A stretch of DNA of 64,000 nt from an uncultured Planctomycetaceae bacterium (GTDB taxonomy: Bacteria; Planctomycetota; Planctomycetia; Pirellulales; PALSA-1355): assembly GCA_963785305.1 (NCBI GenBank), contig CAWAUV010000009.1:1-64000 (forward strand), in the 5' to 3' direction. Below, piece after piece: positions 54,130-64,000 of this stretch. The notes below the pieces were generated by a model that saw only the letters and a list, made by a program, of their open reading frames with translations, had not been told where the DNA came from and did not search any database. The position numbers were made by a program, and so were the translations under genes. Within the stretch, counting starts at the first letter, position 1. Every line of letters begins with the position of its first letter.

Positions 54130-55146
54130 ATGCGTAATAACTGGAAGTGCGGGCGGCTCGCCAAGTTGGCGACCCTCGGATTGTGTTCGATCGTGGCCCT
54201 ATCGGGTTGGCCTAGCGCCGCGCCGGCGGATGTCGCTCCCGCCAAACCCGATGACGTCAAGAAAATGGAAGCTGCCCTGCCCGACAAGGCGCCCGCCGAG
54301 CCCAAGGCCAAGCGCAAGGTGCTGGTATTCGGCAATGCCAACGGTTTCGTTCACAGTTCGATCGGGCTGGGCGAGGAAACCATTTTGAAAATGGGCGAGA
54401 AAACCCATGCCTACACCGCCGAAATCAACAACGACCCGGCCGTCTTCGATGACCTGAAGGGCTATGACGCGGTTGTGTTGGTGAGCACGACTGGGCACTT
54501 CCTGATCCCAAAAGGTCCCGAGAAGCCGAACCCCAAGAAAGTTAAAGAAGGCGAATCGGAGGCTGCCCAGGCCAAGTACGAGGAGGCGAACAAGGCCTAC
54601 CACGAGAAGTCCAAGAGCTATGCGGACGCCGAGAAACAGCGCATGCAAAACCTGCTGGATTTCGTGCAGAAGGATGGTAAAGGATTGATGGGCATCCATG
54701 CCGCGACCGACGCCTACTATAAGGACTCGCCCGAGTACGGCGCGTTGATCGGTGGGTTCTTTACCGGGCACCCGTGGCATCATGTCGTCTACAAGATCAA
54801 CGACCCCGATAGCCCGCTGACCGCCATGTTCAAGGGCAAGGATTTCGTCATTGACGACGAGACGTACCGCTTCAAGGAAAACACCGGCGACCCCAAGTTG
54901 CAGCCCTATTCTCCCGAACATGTCCACGAGCTCACCAGCATGGATTTCGAGAAGTCCGGCGTGAAGGACAGCGACAGCCGGGCCGATCACAACAACCCCG
55001 TGAGTTGGATGCGTGAAGATGGCAAGGGCCGAGTATTCTACTGCTCGCACGGGCACAGTGAATCGGTCTATTGGAATCCGGTCATTCTTGAGCATTACTT
55101 GGCCGGCCTCCAGTTCGTGCTGGGCGATTTGCCGGTGAGTAAGTAG
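54130..55146 (+). CDS. ThuA-like domain secreted protein
   Basis: KVLVF, GFVHSSI, GIHAATD, FTGHPW, DETY, PVSW, GKGRVFYCSHGH. Confidence 0.88.
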   Translation: MRNNWKCGRLAKLATLGLCSIVALSGWPSAAPADVAPAKPDDVKKMEAALPDKAPAEPKAKRKVLVFGNANGFVHSSIGLGEETILKMGEKTHAYTAEINNDPAVFDDLKGYDAVVLVSTTGHFLIPKGPEKPNPKKVKEGESEAAQAKYEEANKAYHEKSKSYADAEKQRMQNLLDFVQKDGKGLMGIHAATDAYYKDSPEYGALIGGFFTGHPWHHVVYKINDPDSPLTAMFKGKDFVIDDETYRFKENTGDPKLQPYSPEHVHELTSMDFEKSGVKDSDSRADHNNPVSWMREDGKGRVFYCSHGHSESVYWNPVILEHYLAGLQFVLGDLPVSK

Positions 55147-55275
55147 GGGCACAGGCCAGTCGGCAAGTAACGGCGGGCGATAGCCCGGCGCGCCGCGGCG
55201 AGAGAGACGGAGTCGCGAAGCGAGTTTGACGCGATGACGCGCGGCGTCGGCCGGACGAGCGGTTATTGGATTAGC

Positions 55276-55314
55276 GCCTCGCGGCCTGTTGAAATATTCA
55301 ACAGGCCGCGAGGC
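55276..55314. repeat. Dispersed palindrome, copy 3 (18-bp perfect inverted repeat around CTGTTGAA-ATA-TTCAACAG)
   Basis: GCCTCGCGGCCTGTTGAA-ATA-TTCAACAGGCCGCGAGGC between convergent genes. Confidence 0.85.
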
Positions 55315-55400
55315 CGCGAGGCCGCATGGACGCGCTCGAAGCGGGAATTGAAATCAGTTCTCGACCATCAGTTCTCGAACAGGGCTGATCGCCAGGAAGA

Positions 55401-56678
55401 TCACTCGGAAGCGATGCAGAAGAGATGTCTTTCGCCTCGCATCAGCAGCCGGTTGGCGGCGGGAATGGGTGAGCCGATCACCGATTCGCCCATGTCGTTT
55501 TCCGACAGCAAATCGAACTTGTCGCCGGCGATATTCGCAACGAAGACAACGCCGTCTTCGCGCGGCGCATAGAGCTTGTCTCCGGCCACGAGCGGCGACG
55601 CGTAGTAGTTCGTGCGGTGCTTGGGAAACGCGGCGTCCCAAACGGTCTTCCCCGTCGCGGGATCAATGCACGCGACTTCGCCGCGGTCTCGCACCAGAAT
55701 AACGCGGCCTTTATAGGCCACCGGCGTGGGCACGAAAGTGCCGATGTCGTCCCGCTTCCATACATGATTGGTCGCGGTGACGTCGCCGGCGCCCGTCAAC
55801 CGAATCCCGTACAGCCGCGGAACTCCCTTGTCGTTGCGACCATAAGCGATCACCGCCATGTCGCCGACGATCACCGGAGTCGCGATCGCGGGCCATAGCT
55901 TGTTGCCCTCGGGGTTGAAGTCTCCACACGACCACGACACCTGGCCGTCGGCCGCGTCGTGAATCGTGAGATGCTCGGCGCCCCAAACCATGATCGATTC
56001 CTTCCCCTGATTCTGAATGACCAGCGGCGTGGAGTAGCCGTGATCGCATTCCATCGGCGTTGAATAATTACGCGCGACCTTCCAGGCCAATTCCCCGGTC
56101 GCCTTGTCGAACGCGGCCAGCCACGATTCGCCGCGGTGCATCCGCGCCATCACCACATATTTCCCCGTCAGAACCGGCGAAGTTCCATGATCCCAAAACA
56201 ACGTGTCGGGCCCGAATCGCTCCACGAGGTTCGTCTTCCAACGGACTTTCCCGTCGAGATTCACGGCCGCGAACGTGCCGCTTTTGAAGTAAACGAAGAC
56301 CGCTTCACCGTCCGTGACCGGCGACGCGTTGCTTCCCGAGCCATTGCGATGTTTGCCGGGTTTCTCGGCGTCGAAGACCGTCTGCCACTTCTTGCTGCCG
56401 TCGAAGTCGTAACAAAGTAGCGAGTCTTTTCCGTCGGCCGGCGATGTCAAGAAGATCGCGTTCTTGAGCAAGATCGGCGTTGAACATCCCCTGCCGGGCA
56501 ATTCGGCGCGCCACTGGTATTTATCCGCGCCGAACTTTACCGGGTAGCTGCCTTGCTCAACGCTCCCATTCCCCAGCGGCCCGCGCCATGAACGCCAGTC
56601 CGGGACATCGGCCGCAATTCCAAGCCGAGCCGAGAATAAGGCGAGGCAGGCCGCGGTCATCAGAGCTTTGTTTGGCAT
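55401..56678 (-). CDS. PQQ-binding-like beta-propeller repeat protein (BamB-like)
   Basis: Signal peptide; DWRSWRGP, STPI, ASPVTDG, AFDKATGELAW, YASP. Confidence 0.9.
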   Translation of the reverse strand: MPNKALMTAACLALFSARLGIAADVPDWRSWRGPLGNGSVEQGSYPVKFGADKYQWRAELPGRGCSTPILLKNAIFLTSPADGKDSLLCYDFDGSKKWQTVFDAEKPGKHRNGSGSNASPVTDGEAVFVYFKSGTFAAVNLDGKVRWKTNLVERFGPDTLFWDHGTSPVLTGKYVVMARMHRGESWLAAFDKATGELAWKVARNYSTPMECDHGYSTPLVIQNQGKESIMVWGAEHLTIHDAADGQVSWSCGDFNPEGNKLWPAIATPVIVGDMAVIAYGRNDKGVPRLYGIRLTGAGDVTATNHVWKRDDIGTFVPTPVAYKGRVILVRDRGEVACIDPATGKTVWDAAFPKHRTNYYASPLVAGDKLYAPREDGVVFVANIAGDKFDLLSENDMGESVIGSPIPAANRLLMRGERHLFCIASE

Positions 56679-57187
56679 TGTTATCGCAATCCCTTTGAGT
56701 GGAGCGTTTATCGCAAGGTCATTCAGCGTCGGGCTGAGCGACGGGCGATGAAAACAGCGGTAAAAACGAGGAAGTCGTGCATTTCGTGGCCGGGTCTCGG
56801 GGATAACCGTTGGAATCGGCGATGAATCACCGGATCACCCCAGGCGGAGGCGGCTCCGTCGGAATCGTTTCTACTCCAGGAAACAGAGTTCGCGGCCGAT
56901 TGTGATCGTCGACATTAGAGCCTATCCGCGGGGCGACGAGCGAACAATCCCGCGGCAGATTGCGACCGGACCTGACCTGGATGGAACCGAATCTTGGGCT
57001 CGTTCGCCGCGATTTTTTTTCGAGCGGCTCTTGACGGGAATGTGCTCGGATGTACACAAATAGGCGTCGCGCGGTCCTGCCGAGGATCCGCATGGGTTTC
57101 AGGAACCCGTTTGTTGCTTGAGGGCGCCGGGGTTTGGCGCGCGACCGCGCGTTGATTCAGGAAACGCGGGTCAACGGCGAGCGGCGA

Positions 57188-58297
57188 TTACTTCGCGCCG
57201 TCGGGCTGGTCGTCGATAGCCGCCACGGCCAAGCGCAGAATCTCGGCTTGGTCCACCTTGTGCGTTTCGGTGTCGTCGCCCACTTGGCGAATCACGATCA
57301 GTTCTTGCGCGGGCAAGATGAACATGTTGTTGTCGAGTTTTCCCAGCGCGGCATACGCGTCTTTGGGAACGCCTTTCCATTTGGTCCCGTCGACATTGTT
57401 CCACCAAAGGAAGCCGTAGGAGCGATTGAGCTCTTGCGAGGGAGCGGTCGCCTGGGCGACCCACGCCGCCGGAACGATCTCGCGGCCTTGCCAGCGGCCT
57501 TCGTTCAGAAACAGGAGCCCGATTCGGGCCAGGGCGCGACCCGTGATATGCAGGCCCGAGTAGGGAATCGTGTGGTCCTCGTTGCGATCCCAGGTCCAAT
57601 CGGCTTTGGCGATTCCGATCGGCTTGAACAGTTCGCGCTCGGCGAAGGCGTCGATCTCCTCGCCGGTGGCTTTGGCGAACAGCGGGCCCAAAAGGGCGAG
57701 GCCGGTGTTGTTGTATTCCCAGTGCGAGCCCGGCGGATGGGCCATGGGCGCTTGGGTAAGGGCATAGGTCATGATCGTCGGCTGGTGGCCGAGGTCTTTG
57801 TTGTTGAACATTCCCGTGGTCATGCTCAGAATCTGACGCACCGTGATTTCACGCTTCTCCGCGGGCGCGGCGTCGGGCAAGAATTCGCCCACCGTGGATT
57901 CCAACTTCAGCTTGCCCCGCGCGATCGCGAGCCCGGTGGCGGTGCTCGAAATCGACTTCGAAGTGCTATAGACCATATAGGGCGTCGATGGCGAGCCGCC
58001 GCGCCAATACCACTCGCCCACGATCCGTCCGTGGCGCACCACGAGCCCGGTCTTGCTGCCACAGCTTTCGAGATAATCGCGTAGTTTGTCGAGCTTGGGC
58101 GACGAAATTCCCTCGGCCTCGGGCTTGGCGACCGACCAGTCCTCTGATGGCCAAGCGGTGAAATCGGCGGCCCGGGCATCGAGCGCCGCGCCGGCCCCCA
58201 GCCAGAAGCACAGGGCCGCGAGGAGCGATCGCGATGCAAAGCCCCCAAAGGAAAGCCCCGTCGCCGGGCGCCGGCAAATCATGGGGAAGCAACTCAT
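57188..58297 (-). CDS. Serine hydrolase, beta-lactamase class C-like family
   Basis: YSTSKS (SxxK), WEYNN (YxN), LFKPIG, ARIGLL, YGFLWW. Confidence 0.9.
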   Translation of the reverse strand: MSCFPMICRRPATGLSFGGFASRSLLAALCFWLGAGAALDARAADFTAWPSEDWSVAKPEAEGISSPKLDKLRDYLESCGSKTGLVVRHGRIVGEWYWRGGSPSTPYMVYSTSKSISSTATGLAIARGKLKLESTVGEFLPDAAPAEKREITVRQILSMTTGMFNNKDLGHQPTIMTYALTQAPMAHPPGSHWEYNNTGLALLGPLFAKATGEEIDAFAERELFKPIGIAKADWTWDRNEDHTIPYSGLHITGRALARIGLLFLNEGRWQGREIVPAAWVAQATAPSQELNRSYGFLWWNNVDGTKWKGVPKDAYAALGKLDNNMFILPAQELIVIRQVGDDTETHKVDQAEILRLAVAAIDDQPDGAK

Positions 58298-58330
58298 GAT
58301 GAGAATCCTGAAAAATAGGGGAGCGATTTG

Positions 58331-59340
58331 TCACTGCATATAGGTGCTCTCGTCGATCACATTGCCGTCTTTGCGATTTCCCAAATGATCGAACACCGTG
58401 GGATTGATGCCGTAGGAAAGCAACCGCACCGAACCATCGCCAAACACAAAGCGGGCGCCGCTATCGTGCGCGCTGCCGAAACTTTGCCACGACTGAATGT
58501 TCTGGGTGTCGGGCATCGGCGGATACGATGAACTGCCCCAGCGGAGCGTGTCCCAATCGTGGCCGACATAGAGGCTGTCGTTGTCGGCCCCGTCATTGCC
58601 CGTCAGGTAGAGCGAGGGCTCCAGGTTCTTTTCGCCGACCATGAAGGTGCTCGTCAGACCGTCGAGCACATCGGCAGCGGGAACCATGCTTCGCAAATAG
58701 GTGATTCCGGTCTCGCTGGTCACCGAAGGCCAGGAATAGCCACTGTCGCCCTGGGCGGTCGAACCGGGCCCATAATACGTCATTACATTGTCGCCCGCGT
58801 TGCCGGCGTAGTCGGTCTTGCTCTGGGCGACGGGGTTCGAGGCGTTTTGCGCACCCTCGGAGAATGGATAGGCCTGCAGGGGCGGCGCGTGGGACAGATA
58901 AACGTGGCCAAGGGAACCGGCAGGAGTTGTTGCCCGAGCAAGGTCGCTTTATTAGGGTTCTGGCTGTTGCCGATCTGCCGCAGCACGTCTTGATCGATAT
59001 AGGACAAGATATTGTAAGTCCAACCGCCCATTTGATTGACGCCGTAACCTCGGTCGGGATCGCCCACCCAGCCGTAGCCCCAGCCGCTGGTGGGAAAGAA
59101 TCCATGATTCGACTCATGGGCGCTAAACGCGAGGCCAATCTGCTTGAGATTGTTGCCGCAAGTGTTCTGCCGGGCCGACTCACGGGCCGCTTGCACCGCC
59201 GGCAGCAACATCGCCACCAAAATTCCGATGATCGTGATGACCACCAGCAACTCGACCAAGGTGAATCCGCGGCGGCGCCGGGCAATTGTCCGGCTTGTTC
59301 GCATTCGGGCGGCGAAAACCACGGACGAGGTTTCGTCCAT
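58331..59340 (-). CDS. DUF1559 protein with a prepilin-type N-terminal cleavage/methylation motif (frameshift near 58830-58860)
   Basis: [66 protein letters not shown] (H-X9-DG). Start at 59340 or 59304. Confidence 0.92.
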
Positions 59341-59681
59341 AAAACGTGCTCCGTATCTAGATGGAAAAGCGGAGGGATCGCGAGCAAAAGTCCAGCATGG
59401 GGCCGCCATGCGGCGGCCCGTGGGGCGGCAGCGAGATGTGTGTTTCATCGTACCGCCCCCGCGCGCGGCTCGGCAACGGGCGAATCGTGAAATTATCGAA
59501 AAATTTAGATTCGCGATCGCCGCGCGCGTCGGAATTACCCTCCGCGGAGGGTCGCCTAGGCGCAAAAAAGCGCGTCGCTCGCGAGGAAAGCTCCTCGAAG
59601 CGACGCGCTTTGATTTCAAACCATGAACTTCGCCACCGCGCCTTCAATCGCGCCGCGACGGCGAGCTCCGAGGCGAACGGA

Positions 59682-61489
<1,808 letters not shown>

Positions 61490-62181
61490 AATGCCTTTGA
61501 GACTTTCGCCGACGCGAAGTAGCGATTCGCCCGTTGCGGGGCCGAGAAAATGCGGTGCATCTCGGCAAAACATTCCTCAACGGCGGAAGCTGACCGCGAA
61601 CAAGCGAGTGGCTATTTGCGACTCGCATCCGCGGGCTTCGCGACCGATGGGAAGAATCGCCCGGTCGACCGGGGGGTTAGGGGATTCCGCCGCTTGGCCC
61701 GGCCTTTCACCAAGAAAGACGATTGCAGGCAGTGCGACGAATCGAGCATGGTAGCAAATATGCCACCCCCAAGGCAACCTCGCCGAGGGGCAAAAAATCG
61801 CTTGCAATCGCTTGATCGAACATTCACCCAAGGCCCCCGAAGCGCCAAAACCAGCCCGCCGCGCCCATGCAAGCCTGAAACTCCGCGAAGCCATTCTTTC
61901 GCTTGCGATTCAACCTTGTGGAGCACTCGGGCTTGGGGGCTTCTTTCGCTTGCGCTGCATGCTTGTACGATCGCTCGGCCCGCTGGCATTCCTTTGTTTG
62001 CTTGCGTTTCAAGCTGGTGTCGTCCCGCGCGGCAGTGGACGGGGCTTCGGAAATGGGGTGAAATGGCGATGGGGGCTATACGGCCCGCCTTCGGCTTCTC
62101 CTCGAATCGTCGCCGCGCTCTCGGCTTGGAATATCCAACTGAAACGGCCATCGGACACCCGGCCGCTTGCGAGTGTTTTTC

Positions 62182-63070
62182 ATGACTCCCGCCGAACCGC
62201 TGCTCAGCCCGCAATTGCTCACTCAGCTTGAACGGCTCGAGATCGTCACGCGAAAGATATTTCGCGGCCGCACCAAGGGCGAGCGACTCGGCAAGCGCAC
62301 CGGGCAGAGCGTCGAGTTCGCCGACTTTCGCAATTATGTTCCCGGCGACGATGTGCGGTTCATCGATTGGAACACCTACGCTCGGCTTGATCGGCTCTTC
62401 CTCAAGATGTTTTTCGAGGAAGAGGATTTGCGAGTCTTTACGCTCATCGACGCGAGTCGTTCGATGGACTTCGGCTCGCCCACGAAACTTCGTTATGCGA
62501 AACAGCTCGCCGCCGCGCTCGGTTTCATCGGTCTCGCGCGCGGCGATCGGGTCAAGGTCGAAACCTTGGGCCAAGCTCCGCATCGCGTGAGTCAGGCGTG
62601 GCGCGGGCGGGCGAATCTTGCCCGGGTCGTGAGCCAACTCGAGGCAATCGCGCCCGAGAAGGAAGTGCCCTTGGCCGAGGGCATTAAAAACTTCATGCTC
62701 CGCAATCCCGGCCAGGGCGTGTTGGTCGTGGTGTCGGACCTGATGGACAAACAGGGCTACGAAGCGGCTTTTCGTTATCTGCTCTCGCGGTCGATGGATG
62801 TGTATATCGTGCATGTGCTGAGTGTCGAGGAGCTCGAGCCCGACTTGCAGGGCGACTTGCAATTGCTCGACTGCGAGGACGGAGCGACGGTCGAAGTCAC
62901 GGCCAGCGCCCCGCTGCTGCGGCGCGTATCGGCGCACGCTGGCCGAATTTTGCTCCGGCGCCAAGGAATTTTGCACCCGGCGGGGGCTGCATTACATTCC
63001 GGCCAGCACCGCGCTGCCGGTCGATCGGCTCTTGGGCGGCCTGCTCGTCCAGCGGGGGTTGCTGCGATGA
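62182..63070 (+). CDS. DUF58 domain protein (frameshift near 62926; not listed intact in the ORF track)
   Basis: My translation from ATG 62182: GQSVEFADFRNYVPGDDVRFIDWN, IDASRSMDFG, VVVSD; the tail YRRTLAEF...RGLLR-TGA is in the next frame. Confidence 0.9.
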
Positions 63071-64000
63071 ATGTGTCGAACATGCTCGGACCCTGGCAAT
63101 GGGGACTTTTGGCGGCGGCGGCCATCGGCATCGTATCGCTTTATTTTCTGAAGCTTCGCCGCCGGCCGCTCGAAACACCGAGCACCTATCTCTGGCGGAA
63201 GTCGATCGAGGACCTGCGCATCAACAGCATCTGGCAAAGGCTGCGGCGGAGCTTGCTGCTGCTTTTGCAACTGCTCGTCGTCGCGTGCCTGGCCTTGGCG
63301 GCGCTGCGCGTGGGATGGAACGGCAGCCGGCTCGCCGGGCAGCGGTTCGTATTTCTGATCGACAATTCCGGGAGCATGGCCGCCACCGATGTCGCCCCCA
63401 GCCGGCTGGCCGAGGCCAAGCGCAAGGCCCGCGAACTCATCGAGCAAATGAAGTCGGGCGAAGAGGCGATGCTCATCAGCTTCAACGATTCGGCGCAGGT
63501 CGAGCAATCGTTTACCGACAATCATCGCGCGCTGCGCGAACGGCTCGACGCCATTCCGCAAACCGCCCGCCCCACTTCGCTAGCCGAAGCGCTGCGGCTG
63601 GCGACCGCCTTTGCCAGCGCCGGCGACGCGAGCGCGACCGGTTCATCGCCAACCGCCGGCGTGGCGGGTCCCGCCGACGCAAAACCCAAGACCGATTCGG
63701 CGCCGGCCACGAGTGGCAAACAACCGCGCGGCGCCGCCGCCACGCTCTATGTCGTGAGCGATGGCAATTTTCCAAGCCTCGCCAATGCGTCGCTCGGCTC
63801 GCTCGCGCCCGTGCTTGTGCCGATCGGCGCGAAGGACGCCACGAATCTGGCGATCGCGGCTTTCAGCGCCAAGCGGCCCGATTCGCAACTCAGCCGCTTG
63901 CAAACCTTCGGCCGGCTGGAAAATTTTGGAAGCCGCGATGTCACGGCCGAAGTCGAGCTCCATCGCGATGGATCGCTGGTCGACGCCGCTCGGGTGGCGA
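63067..64000 (+). CDS. BatA-domain / von Willebrand factor A protein (3' partial)
   Basis: ATGA overlap with the DUF58 gene; LYFLKLRR...PSTYLW, LLLLLQLL, IDNSGSM (MIDAS), VVSDG. Confidence 0.88.
   Translation, partial: MNVSNMLGPWQWGLLAAAAIGIVSLYFLKLRRRPLETPSTYLWRKSIEDLRINSIWQRLRRSLLLLLQLLVVACLALAALRVGWNGSRLAGQRFVFLIDNSGSMAATDVAPSRLAEAKRKARELIEQMKSGEEAMLISFNDSAQVEQSFTDNHRALRERLDAIPQTARPTSLAEALRLATAFASAGDASATGSSPTAGVAGPADAKPKTDSAPATSGKQPRGAAATLYVVSDGNFPSLANASLGSLAPVLVPIGAKDATNLAIAAFSAKRPDSQLSRLQTFGRLENFGSRDVTAEVELHRDGSLVDAARVA

Noticed and set aside
57188..58297. Antibiotic-resistance beta-lactamase
   Set aside because: Generic SxxK serine hydrolase without the KTG triad; esterase or amidase activity is equally likely.
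62182..64000. Apparent DUF58-BatA/vWA fusion ORF running off the window end
   Set aside because: An extra base near 62926 shifts DUF58 into the frame of the next gene. The proper DUF58 tail and an ATGA stop/start overlap exist at 63067-63070.

Overview
GC-rich bacterial chromosomal window, most likely from a planctomycete (Pirellulales-like). This assignment is inferred from a DUF1559 prepilin-type protein, an HYExAFE protein, a PVC-type heme dehydrogenase, DUF1080, a DUF58/BatA pair and a PEP-CTERM beta-helix protein. It holds about 45 protein genes, mostly housekeeping (gltX, zwf, gndA, cobA-hemD, rho, rsfS, rpsA) plus lineage-typical secreted and hypothetical proteins. I see no rRNA, tRNA, CRISPR array, transposase or prophage. 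About 15 genes, including rpsA, are split by single-base frameshifts, which points to long-read or assembly indel errors rather than true pseudogenes. I cannot demonstrate a complete novel system. The best leads are: (i) an orphan structured minus-strand sRNA candidate with its own terminator at about 10463-10662; (ii) a palindrome family CTGTTGAA-n3-TTCAACAG found three times just past gene ends; (iii) a triple palindromic array at 35003-35069; (iv) a Rho whose N-terminal helical bundle is replaced by a G/H/N-rich disordered tail; (v) a CitG-like gene next to a CExxHGH PTPS-I/III gene, suggesting a C1-cofactor link; (vi) several enzyme folds with degenerate catalytic motifs; and (vii) a His/Gly-rich C-terminus hidden by a frameshift. 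Family assignments come from motif recognition by eye, not database searches.
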